The position numbers and the translations under genes are program-made. The notes beneath the pieces are model-generated. The model did not search any database. It saw only the letters and a program-made list of their open reading frames with translations, and was not told the origin of the DNA. This document shows positions 18,655 to 26,811 of a DNA stretch of 64,000 nucleotides, piece by piece. How positions within the stretch are numbered: position 1 is the first letter of the stretch; each line of letters starts with the position of its first letter. The DNA is from an uncultured Lachnospiraceae bacterium (GTDB taxonomy: Bacteria > Bacillota > Clostridia > Lachnospirales > Lachnospiraceae), in assembly GCA_947626435.1 (NCBI GenBank), contig CANQSB010000007.1:14243-78242 (forward strand), read 5' to 3'.

Positions 18655-19975
18655 CTGTTATATCTCCCATCAAATCGTATTCGTATGAGCCTGTTATCCT
18701 CACACTGACAAAATCACCCGTCATCAATTCCCTATCCGACTTTACAAAGACTAATCCGTCAATGTTTGGCGCGTCCTTGTAACAGCGCGCCACATATATA
18801 TCATCTTCGGGAACGCTGCCCTCTATCATAACTTCGAGCGTCCTGCCCGTCATTTTTTTTGCATTGTCAAAAGCTATCTCCTGTTGGAGCTCCATAAGCT
18901 CTGCCTGACGCTGCTGCTTAACCTGTTCATCTATCTGCCCATCAAAAAGCGCCGCGGGGGTATCCTCCTCCGGAGAATATGTAAACACGCCGAGCCTGTC
19001 AAACTCCATCTCGTCAATAAATGCCATAAGCTCCTCGTGCTCCTCGTCCGTTTCGGACGGAAAGCCTGTAATCAATGTGGTCCTAAGACATATATCGGGA
19101 ATTTCATCCCTAAGCTTTTTTATAATTTGCATGAGTTCGTGCTTATCTGTGCGCCTGCCCATAAGCTTTAATATCCTGTCTGACGCGTGTTGGATGGGCA
19201 TATCTATATAGTGGCAAATCTTTTCCTCGCTTTTTATCGTGCTTATAAGCTCGTCTGTGATTTCTTCCGGATAGCAATACAAAAGCCTTATCCAGCGCAG
19301 CCCCCCTATCCCGCACAAGCCCCGCAAAAGCTCCGAGAGCTTTTTCTGACCGTATAAGTCAACACCATAAACGGTAGTTTCCTGCGCCACTAGAATAAGC
19401 TCTTTAACTCCCTGCTCCGCAAGCGTCTCAGCTTCTTTTATGAGCGCCTCCATAGGCACGCTCCTGTAGTTTCCCCTCACCTTGGGTATGATGCAGTATG
19501 TGCAGCGCTTATCGCAGCCCTCTGCGATTTTAAGATAAGCATAGTGCCCGCCTGTGGTGACGATTCTTTTCCCTTCGGGAATCGGCTGCCTGTCTATGTC
19601 GCATAAATATTTGCCGCTCTCGCCCGCAAGCGCCCTGTCAAGCGCCTCTGTGACGGCTTCAATAGCTGTCGTGCCTATAACCGCATCGACCTCCGGTATC
19701 TCCGTTTGGATTTCTTCGCTGTAGCGCTGCGCAAGGCAGCCTGCCGCTATAAGCGCTTTTATGCTGCCGCATTTTTTAAGCTCCGCCATTTCAAGCAGCG
19801 TATTGACGCTCTCCTCCTTGGCATCGTTAATGAAGCAGCATGTATTTACCACTACCGCGTCCGCCTCGTTTTCATCGTCCGTTATGGAATATCCCTTTTC
19901 AATCAGTTTGCCGAGCATCTTCTCGCTGTCAACAAGGTTTTTGTCGCAGCCAAGGGAAATAAATAAAATTTTCAT
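18638..19975 (-). CDS. rimO: Ribosomal protein S12 methylthiotransferase
   Basis: UPF0004 N-domain, radical SAM CDKRCTYCIIP and a TRAM C-terminus. Confidence 0.95.
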   Translation of the reverse strand: MKILFISLGCDKNLVDSEKMLGKLIEKGYSITDDENEADAVVVNTCCFINDAKEESVNTLLEMAELKKCGSIKALIAAGCLAQRYSEEIQTEIPEVDAVIGTTAIEAVTEALDRALAGESGKYLCDIDRQPIPEGKRIVTTGGHYAYLKIAEGCDKRCTYCIIPKVRGNYRSVPMEALIKEAETLAEQGVKELILVAQETTVYGVDLYGQKKLSELLRGLCGIGGLRWIRLLYCYPEEITDELISTIKSEEKICHYIDMPIQHASDRILKLMGRRTDKHELMQIIKKLRDEIPDICLRTTLITGFPSETDEEHEELMAFIDEMEFDRLGVFTYSPEEDTPAALFDGQIDEQVKQQRQAELMELQQEIAFDNAKKMTGRTLEVMIEGSVPEDDIYVARCYKDAPNIDGLVFVKSDRELMTGDFVSVRITGSYEYDLMGDITDEFTE

Positions 19976-19987
19976 AAAATTTTTCTT

Positions 19988-20218
19988 TTACTCCTCGGGC
20001 ATAATTTTTATCTTGCCCTGGTTAAGCTCCTCTATGGCAATCGAAAGCGCCTTTGTCTGCTTGGTGTCTACAAGCGGCTCCTCGCCTCCGATAATCTGTC
20101 TTGCCCGCTTGGCTGTAGCCATCACTATTGAATAACGGCTGTTTACTACAGGCGTGTCGCCCTGCTCCACATCGCTGTTTACTACTTTCATTAAATCTGT
20201 GTAAGACGGATGTAACAT
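19988..20218 (-). CDS. rpoZ: DNA-directed RNA polymerase subunit omega
   Basis: 76 aa with NSRYSIVMATAKRARQI. Confidence 0.9.
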   Translation of the reverse strand: MLHPSYTDLMKVVNSDVEQGDTPVVNSRYSIVMATAKRARQIIGGEEPLVDTKQTKALSIAIEELNQGKIKIMPEE

Positions 20219-20273
20219 ATTTGTTCCTCACTTTCATAATTGTTATATAACGATAAATATCGCAAAATTTTGA

Positions 20274-20534
20274 TTATTCCGCATTGTTCTCCGCAATCTC
20301 GCCCGCTGCCCTTCCGGCTATCGTCTCGGGCATAAGCGCCGAGAGAACTATCTGGCTGCTTTCCATTACAAGCACTGATTTTGTCTTTCTGCCCTGTGTC
20401 GCGTCTATCACTGTGCCCGCCTCTTTTGCTTTCTGCACCATGCGCTTTATGGGAGCTGAATCAGGGCTCACTATGGCGATTATCTTTGCCGTATTTACTA
20501 TATTTCCAAAACCGATATGAATAAGCTTATCCAA
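20274..20534 (-). CDS. remA: RemA/YlzA (DUF370) regulator
   Basis: 86 aa with IGFGNIVNTAKIIAIVSPDSAPIKR. Confidence 0.9.
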   Translation of the reverse strand: MDKLIHIGFGNIVNTAKIIAIVSPDSAPIKRMVQKAKEAGTVIDATQGRKTKSVLVMESSQIVLSALMPETIAGRAAGEIAENNAE

Positions 20535-20559
20535 GCCGCACCTCTTTTATATACACTGA

Positions 20560-21438
20560 TTATTCAATATTCTGAATCTGCTCACGCACCTTTTCTATTT
20601 CTGTCTTCAGCTCGATGCCGCGATTTGACAGCTCTATATCGTTTACCTTGGAAAGTATCGTGTTCGCTTCCCTGTTCATCTCCTGCGCGATAAAATCAAG
20701 CTTGCGCCCGATGCTGCCTCCCTCGGTAAGCGACTGCTTCATGCTCTCTATATGGCTTTTGAGGCGCACCACTTCCTCGTCAACGCATACCTTATCAGCG
20801 TATATCGTCACCTCTGTAAGCAGCCTTGCCTCGTCTACAGGCGTATCCTGGAGTATCTCCTGCACCCTCTCAAGAAGCTTCGTGCGGTATTCTTCTATAA
20901 TCTGCGGCGAGCGTTTCCCTATATAATCTACATGGGCGAGCATGCCGTCAAGCTTGGCTATGAGGTCATCTGCCAAATTCTGCCCTTCATTGATGCGCGT
21001 CTCGACAAAGCCTTCCGCCGCGCCCTTTATCGCCTTGGCAAGAAGCTTCCAGATTTCCTCGTCGTCTGCCGCCTGTTCCTCCATGGAAAAGACTTCGGGA
21101 TATCTCGACAGTGTCGACACCCTCACATCGTCATCAAGCCCAAACTCCTTTGCCATCCGGCGAAGATAGCTTAAGTATTCCGCCGCTATGTCCTTATTAT
21201 ACTTTATGCATACATTGCTCTCCGTAAAATCTTCGTATGTGATAAAGACATCTATTTTCCCGCGCTGAATGTATTTTTTTAATTCAGTCCTGATAGAGCT
21301 TTCAAAATAGTTCAGCTTTTTGGGCATCTTAATGCTGACATCAAGATATCTGTGATTGACGGATTTCATCTCGACCGTAAATTTCCTGTCGCCCTCCGCA
21401 ACCTCGCATCTGCCAAAGCCTGTCATACTTTTTATCAT
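20560..21438 (-). CDS. yicC: YicC/YloC family stress-induced protein
   Basis: 292 aa with MTGFGR and a C-terminal EIEKVREQIQNIE. Confidence 0.9.
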   Translation of the reverse strand: MIKSMTGFGRCEVAEGDRKFTVEMKSVNHRYLDVSIKMPKKLNYFESSIRTELKKYIQRGKIDVFITYEDFTESNVCIKYNKDIAAEYLSYLRRMAKEFGLDDDVRVSTLSRYPEVFSMEEQAADDEEIWKLLAKAIKGAAEGFVETRINEGQNLADDLIAKLDGMLAHVDYIGKRSPQIIEEYRTKLLERVQEILQDTPVDEARLLTEVTIYADKVCVDEEVVRLKSHIESMKQSLTEGGSIGRKLDFIAQEMNREANTILSKVNDIELSNRGIELKTEIEKVREQIQNIE

Positions 21439-21558
21439 CGCAATCTCTCTCCATTCCTGATGCTCTTGTATTTAAAAAAGCCTATACTATCGCATAACAC
21501 TTTTTGTATTATAAAATATTACTTTTCCCGCGTCAACATTTTTGGGCTTATTTCCTCT

Positions 21559-21596
21559 TAATTTTATATCTCAACGCTTGAAAACGCAACAAAAAA
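21559..21596. repeat. 38-bp direct repeat, left copy, flanking the sortase/LRR cassette
   Basis: taattttatatctcaacgcttgaaaacgcaacaaaaaa is identical to 24901-24938. Confidence 0.9.
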
Positions 21597-21724
21597 CAAA
21601 TGCTTTATGGCGTTTTAGCCGATAATAATGTTCATTTATGTGAGATTGCACATTCCCTGAATGAGAAATCATGATGAAAAAGATGAATGATGATATTTCC
21701 AACAGCGCGGCAAAACAGCCCGTC

Positions 21725-22567
21725 CTACCGCGCCCGCCGCGCCGCTACTACCAGCCGTCCGTTCTCCGTATGATACTCACAGGTTGTCAGCGTCAGCAGT
21801 TCGTCCCCATATTCCGGCACGATTCCTGTGTCATACAGCGACAGCTCCCTGCAGTTGTCCACATAGTAGGCGAATTCCTCCTCTGTGTCTGCCTGAAAAA
21901 ATTGATAATACCGAAACACATCCGTTTCGTTCCGGTAAAAAATACGGGAGAGGAACACCGCGAATATCTCATACTCCTGCTCCTCATAAAGCGTCGTATA
22001 GCGTATCACCGGATGCTCCTGATAAAACGCTTCCTTCTCATAGCCCGTCAGCGCGCGGAACATGGAGCCGTTCTTCATATTATGGCCATGCAGCAGAAGG
22101 TTTGTGCTGCGGGGCTCTACGCTCGCCCCTTCATCAATAAAAATACACCCCGCCGCTTCCTCTTCCCCTGCAAAGTTCCTGTGAAGGTAGTAGCCATAAT
22201 CCTGCGGACGGTACATCACCGGATAGTCAATGACCGTATCGGGAATTCGAATCCAGCCTGCCAAATCGCTGTTCTGCTCATAAAGTTTCTGCATGGACGG
22301 CAGCATCGGCAAAGTTTCCGGCTCCGCTTCCCCTTCCGGCGCCGTTTCCGGAAGCAGCGGGAGGAGCTCTGCCGCTCCGCTCAGGCTGCTGCGTACCTCC
22401 TCCCGCTTCGGCTGGCCGGGCGCCCTATAATACCTCCGGACCACTCCCGCCAGCAGGACTGCCGCCACCGCCAGCAAAACCAGCGCAAGGTCCATCGCCC
22501 GCGTGACGCGACGATACCTCAGGCTTCCCTGCTTTAAGGCGTCTTGTTTTCTGTGCCTGTTATTCAT
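21725..22567 (-). CDS. srtB: Class B sortase
   Basis: N-terminal TM anchor, LLLHGHNM (His) and LTLTTC (catalytic Cys). ATGA overlap with the upstream surface-protein gene. Confidence 0.85.
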   Translation of the reverse strand: MNNRHRKQDALKQGSLRYRRVTRAMDLALVLLAVAAVLLAGVVRRYYRAPGQPKREEVRSSLSGAAELLPLLPETAPEGEAEPETLPMLPSMQKLYEQNSDLAGWIRIPDTVIDYPVMYRPQDYGYYLHRNFAGEEEAAGCIFIDEGASVEPRSTNLLLHGHNMKNGSMFRALTGYEKEAFYQEHPVIRYTTLYEEQEYEIFAVFLSRIFYRNETDVFRYYQFFQADTEEEFAYYVDNCRELSLYDTGIVPEYGDELLTLTTCEYHTENGRLVVAARRAR

Positions 22568-24741
22568 CTCTCGTCTCTTAACAATGCCATGCGCTTCCTG
22601 CCGATTACAATGCCTGCAGCGACTACCGCCGCCAACGCAATCAGTGCGGGCACGCCCGTATTTCCTGTCACATCCCCATCCTTATGGGCACGATCAAGCT
22701 CTGCCGGGGATTCCAACTGCGCAGGCGCTTCCTTTCTCTCATATTCTACCACGACGATTGGTGAAAAGCCGGTCAATGTCGCCGCGATACTGCCGTCCGC
22801 CACCGCACCCGGCTCAATCATCTCCCAAGCGCCGTCATTCTTCCTGTGATACAGAAGATAGCTGCCGCCCGCCTTCACGCCATCAACCGCAACCACTAAC
22901 TCGCCGCCATGTGCAGATGCTATATCCACTGCCGCCAGTATCCGGATTGCGGAGGCATCCGTCAGACTTGTACTGATTGCCGCTTCCGCCGAGCGGATTG
23001 TATCCGCGTCAAGCTCCAAAGCCGCCACTGCCACGCCGTCTACACGCGCCACTATTACCGCCTTTGCAAGACCTGCCGTATTTTCATCTGTGTAATAGAA
23101 GCCGCTATTGTCCACGACATCTCTTCCGCCACCCGTACTCGGTTCAGCTTCTACGCCACCGATACTTAGTTCATTTTCTACACTGCCTGTGCTTGGTTCA
23201 TTTTCTGCGTCACCTGTGCTTGGTTCATCTTCTATGTCGCCTGTGCTTGATTCGTCTTCTGCGTCACCTGTGCTCGGTTCGTCTTCTGTGTCGCCTGTGC
23301 TCGGCTCATCTTCTGCGTCATCTGTGCTTGACTCGTCTTCCGCGTCGTCTGTGCTCGGCTCGTCTTCTGCGTCGCCTGTGCTCGGCTCGTCTTCTGCGTC
23401 GTCTGTGCTCGATTCGTCTTCTGCGTCGTCTGTGCTCGGCTCATCGCCTCCGCTATCTGTCCGGAATGTAACCTCATTCTCCTCCGCCCACTTCTCAGCA
23501 TAGGAACCTGCCGCAGCTTTGATAGTCAGACCGTCGCAGCCATTGAACGCATTCTCTCCAATCGACCGGACACTTTCCGGGATTGTCACGCTGGTCAGAC
23601 CGCTGCAGCCGGAAAACGCCTCACTTCCTATCTCTGTTACATGCTCCGGAATCGTCACATCCGCCAGAGCCGTACAGCCGAAAAACGCTTGCTCCCCTAC
23701 CTTTGTTACACTGTCCGGAATCGTCACAGCTGCCAGACCGCTGCAGCCGGAAAACATACTATCGCTTATCTCCGTTACACCGTTTGGAATCTTCACATAT
23801 TTCAAGTCAGTGCAATCTATAAATGCACCTACTCCTATCTCGCTTACACTATCTGGAATTGTCACGCTGGTCAGATTGCTGCAATTATTGAACGCATCCT
23901 CTCCAATCGACCGAACGCCTTCTAGGATTGTCACTTTGGTCAGCTTTAAGCAGTGGGCAAACGCCTCGCTTCCTATCGCTGTTACACTCCCAGGGATTAC
24001 CACACTTTCCAGGCTGGTGCAAGCGCCAAACGCCTCTTTTCCTATCGCTGTTACACTCTCAGGGATTACCACTCGTTTCAGGTTGGCGCACTTTTCAAAT
24101 GCCGACATTTCTATCTCTGTTATACCCTCCGGCAGCACCACAGATTCCAGACTACGGCAGCCATAAAACGCACCTACCCCTATCTTTGCCACACTCCTCG
24201 GAATCCTCACAGATACCAAACTGCTGCAACCGTCGAACATATAATCTGTTATCTCTGTTATACTCTTCGGCAGCTCCACAGATTCCAGGCTGTCACAATA
24301 ACTAAATGCGTGCCGTTCTATCTCTATTACAGTTTCCGGAATCACCACACTTTTCAGACTTCTGCAGTGGGAAAACGCATTAGATGCGATTTTCGTTACA
24401 CTTTCCGGAATCCTTATACGCTCTTCCGTACCCTCATAGCTTTTCAGCACCCCGTCTTCGATTAGATACCCGTCCACATACAATAATTCCCCATTCTCCG
24501 AAGCCTGCAGTGGTTCCACATTCGTTTCTGTTTCCGTATCTGTCTCCGTATCTGTTTCCGTCCCTGTCTCCGTACCTGTTTCCGTCTCCGTCTCTGTTTC
24601 TGTTTCTGTTTCCGTTTCCGTATCTGTTTCTGTTTCCGTCTCCGTCTCTGTTTCCGTTTCCTCCGCCTTCGCCGGCATGACAGAAATCGTATTCACAGCC
24701 AGCAGCGCCGCTGCCGCCAGCACCAACCATCTTTTCTTCAT
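22564..24741 (-). CDS. Cell-surface leucine-rich-repeat (BspA-type) protein with a C-terminal sorting signal
   Basis: Signal peptide MKKRWLVLAAAALLA and a (TE/TD/TG)n tract. About 13 LRR units (IPxSVTxIGxxAFxxCxxLxSV). About 11 acidic decapeptide repeats. C-terminal hydrophobic helix plus GRKR tail. The ATG at 24741 follows GGAGGA. Confidence 0.85.
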   Translation of the reverse strand: MKKRWLVLAAAALLAVNTISVMPAKAEETETETETETETDTETETETETETETETGTETGTETDTETDTETETNVEPLQASENGELLYVDGYLIEDGVLKSYEGTEERIRIPESVTKIASNAFSHCRSLKSVVIPETVIEIERHAFSYCDSLESVELPKSITEITDYMFDGCSSLVSVRIPRSVAKIGVGAFYGCRSLESVVLPEGITEIEMSAFEKCANLKRVVIPESVTAIGKEAFGACTSLESVVIPGSVTAIGSEAFAHCLKLTKVTILEGVRSIGEDAFNNCSNLTSVTIPDSVSEIGVGAFIDCTDLKYVKIPNGVTEISDSMFSGCSGLAAVTIPDSVTKVGEQAFFGCTALADVTIPEHVTEIGSEAFSGCSGLTSVTIPESVRSIGENAFNGCDGLTIKAAAGSYAEKWAEENEVTFRTDSGGDEPSTDDAEDESSTDDAEDEPSTGDAEDEPSTDDAEDESSTDDAEDEPSTGDTEDEPSTGDAEDESSTGDIEDEPSTGDAENEPSTGSVENELSIGGVEAEPSTGGGRDVVDNSGFYYTDENTAGLAKAVIVARVDGVAVAALELDADTIRSAEAAISTSLTDASAIRILAAVDIASAHGGELVVAVDGVKAGGSYLLYHRKNDGAWEMIEPGAVADGSIAATLTGFSPIVVVEYERKEAPAQLESPAELDRAHKDGDVTGNTGVPALIALAAVVAAGIVIGRKRMALLRDER
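23130..23450. repeat. Coding 30-bp tandem repeat (about 10-11 units)
   Basis: Units such as tcgtcttctgcgtcacctgtgctcgg encode the STDDAEDEP-type decapeptides. Confidence 0.85.
24524..24664. repeat. Coding 6-bp microsatellite-like tract
   Basis: (gtttcc/gtctcc/gtatct)n encodes Thr-Glu/Thr-Asp/Thr-Gly dipeptide repeats. Confidence 0.85.
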
Positions 24742-24811
24742 ATTCCTTCCTCCGTTTCTTTCCGCCGCTCTGCGATAGCCCATTTACCGCAGTTACACAT
24801 GTTTTTTCTCA

Positions 24812-24839
24812 ATTATACCCCCCCCCCTATTTTTGTCAA
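24812..24839 (-). promoter_or_regulatory. Near-consensus promoter of the LRR-srtB operon with a G10 homopolymer in the spacer
   Basis: Minus strand reads TTGACA (24834-24839), aaaata + G10 (16 nt), TATAAT (24812-24817). Confidence 0.6.
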
Positions 24840-24900
24840 TAATTAACATCTACCATTTGTGTTTACCAATTTGTGTTTAAAAATAACAGTTCAACTTCCA

Positions 24901-24938
24901 TAATTTTATATCTCAACGCTTGAAAACGCAACAAAAAA
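24901..24938. repeat. 38-bp direct repeat, right copy
   Basis: Identical to 21559-21596. Confidence 0.9.
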
Positions 24939-25005
24939 GTGATATTGTAATAAAGTTATATCACATAACCACTAATATTTGTTTTGCGAGGTTAATTTCA
25001 GTCAA

Positions 25006-26778
25006 ATGAAAAGGTCAGCATTGTTTTCACTTATTTTAATGTTTTTAGCTCCTGTTGCGAATTTTTATCTGTTTGAATTTTTTATAAGCAATCCTTTTGA
25101 AAATATGAAACCGCCGATACAGCTTTTAAATATCTTATTTTTTGAGCTGTCCGCGGTGTTTCTTTTTTTTGTTTTCGGCAGGCTGAAATGGGCGCTGCGT
25201 TTCCAGAGTATCTTCTTTATGGCTGTGGGTCTTGCCAACTATTATGTGCTGTCTTTCCGCTCCGCGCCTATAATGCCTTGGGACATATATTCCGCCGGTA
25301 CGGCTTTGAGCGTGGCAGACAATTTTGAATATACGCTTGAAAAAAAGATTGTCTTTGTGCTTTTAGGGTTTGCCGCGCTTATTATATTGGAATCCCTGGC
25401 TCGGATTGATATAAAAAGCCACTGCAAAAAAGCGCGGACATCATATATCGTCCGTATCGCGGGAATTTTTGCGTCTGCATGCTTTCTGGGCGCCTATACG
25501 CATTTCGTGCAGCTTGAAAGCACTGTGCTGCGCTTTCAAATGTATGACAAGCTTTTTACGCCTACAGTCATGAGCCGGCGCGATGGGAGCGCTGTGGCGT
25601 TTTTGATGGAGCTGAAATATATTTCCATTGACACGCCTGACGGCTACAGCAAGGATAAGGCGCTGGAAATTCTTAAGCCATATGAGACAGATGTGGACGC
25701 AGCAAAGGTTGAAAAGCGCCCCAATATTATCGTCATAATGAATGAGGCATACTCTGACCCGTCTGTGCTGAGCAGTTTTGAGACCAATAAGGATTATATG
25801 CCTTTTGTCCATTCCATTATGAAAGGCGAAGTCAAAAATACTGTTTCTGGCTGCCTGAATGTATCAGTGCTTGGCGGCAACACGGCAAATACTGAATTTG
25901 AATTTTTGACAGGCAACTCTATGGCATTTCTGCCGCAGGGGAGCGTGCCGTACCAGCAGTACATCAAGGACGAGCTGCCCTCGCTTGCCTCTTACCTTAA
26001 GTCGCTTGGTTATCGGACAGCCGCCGTTCATCCCTACAACAGCACAGGCTGGAACAGAAATAAGGTATACCCTTTGCTTGGCTTTGACGATTCATATTTT
26101 ATAAGGAACTTTGTAAGCCCCGAAAGGATTAGAAAATATGTGAGCGACCGCGCCTGCTATGACAAACTGATATCGCTTTACGAAAATAAAGAGGATGACA
26201 CACCGCTTTTTATCTTTAATGTGACTATGCAGAACCATTCTTCCTACACAGAGGAATTTGACAATTTCACTCCCGACATAACTGTAGATGGCAGCAATTC
26301 AAAGGCATTGAGCAATTATTTGTCGCTTATAAAGCTGTCTGACGAGGCTGTTCACGAGCTTATCGACTATTTTGCCTGCGAGGAGGAAGACACAGCGATT
26401 GTCTTTTTTGGAGACCATCAGCCGACCAATTCGGTAGTATCCGACATATGGAAAATCAACAACAAAAACGGAAACAGCCTGTCCAAGGAGGACGAGGCAA
26501 AACGCTATCTCGTGCCGTTTTTTATATGGACAAACTTTGATATCGAAAGTGAAAACAGCGTAGAGACAAGCGCAAATTATCTTGGCGGAAAGGTTTTGGA
26601 TGTTTGCGGGCTTCCGCTTTACGATTACGCGGCTTACCTCAAGGAACTGTCCGAGAGTTTTCCGATAATAACCTCGATACGCGCAGTTGATTCCGACGGC
26701 GAGAGTCATGACATAAAGAGCGTATCGGACGAGTTAAATGATTATGCCATTTTACAGTACAATCAAATCTTTGATTAA
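25006..26778 (+). CDS. LTA synthase-family sulfatase-domain membrane protein
   Basis: N-terminal TM helices plus an alkaline-phosphatase-superfamily domain (NIIVIMNEAYSD, GNTANTEFEFLTGNS). ATG at 25006. Confidence 0.8.
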   Translation: MKRSALFSLILMFLAPVANFYLFEFFISNPFENMKPPIQLLNILFFELSAVFLFFVFGRLKWALRFQSIFFMAVGLANYYVLSFRSAPIMPWDIYSAGTALSVADNFEYTLEKKIVFVLLGFAALIILESLARIDIKSHCKKARTSYIVRIAGIFASACFLGAYTHFVQLESTVLRFQMYDKLFTPTVMSRRDGSAVAFLMELKYISIDTPDGYSKDKALEILKPYETDVDAAKVEKRPNIIVIMNEAYSDPSVLSSFETNKDYMPFVHSIMKGEVKNTVSGCLNVSVLGGNTANTEFEFLTGNSMAFLPQGSVPYQQYIKDELPSLASYLKSLGYRTAAVHPYNSTGWNRNKVYPLLGFDDSYFIRNFVSPERIRKYVSDRACYDKLISLYENKEDDTPLFIFNVTMQNHSSYTEEFDNFTPDITVDGSNSKALSNYLSLIKLSDEAVHELIDYFACEEEDTAIVFFGDHQPTNSVVSDIWKINNKNGNSLSKEDEAKRYLVPFFIWTNFDIESENSVETSANYLGGKVLDVCGLPLYDYAAYLKELSESFPIITSIRAVDSDGESHDIKSVSDELNDYAILQYNQIFD

Positions 26779-26811
26779 AATTCAGACGCAAAGGAGTATG
26801 TAACTAATCTT

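Noticed and set aside
20219-20273. Absence of gmk between remA and rpoZ
   Set aside because: The usual yicC-remA-gmk-rpoZ order lacks gmk here; only 55 nt separate remA and rpoZ. This is most simply a relocated essential gene, and nothing in the sequence suggests a novel feature.
23130-24664. CRISPR-like appearance of the regularly spaced repeats
   Set aside because: The repeats are contiguous in-frame coding tandem repeats (30-bp and 6-bp units) inside the LRR protein gene. They have no unique spacers and no cas genes.
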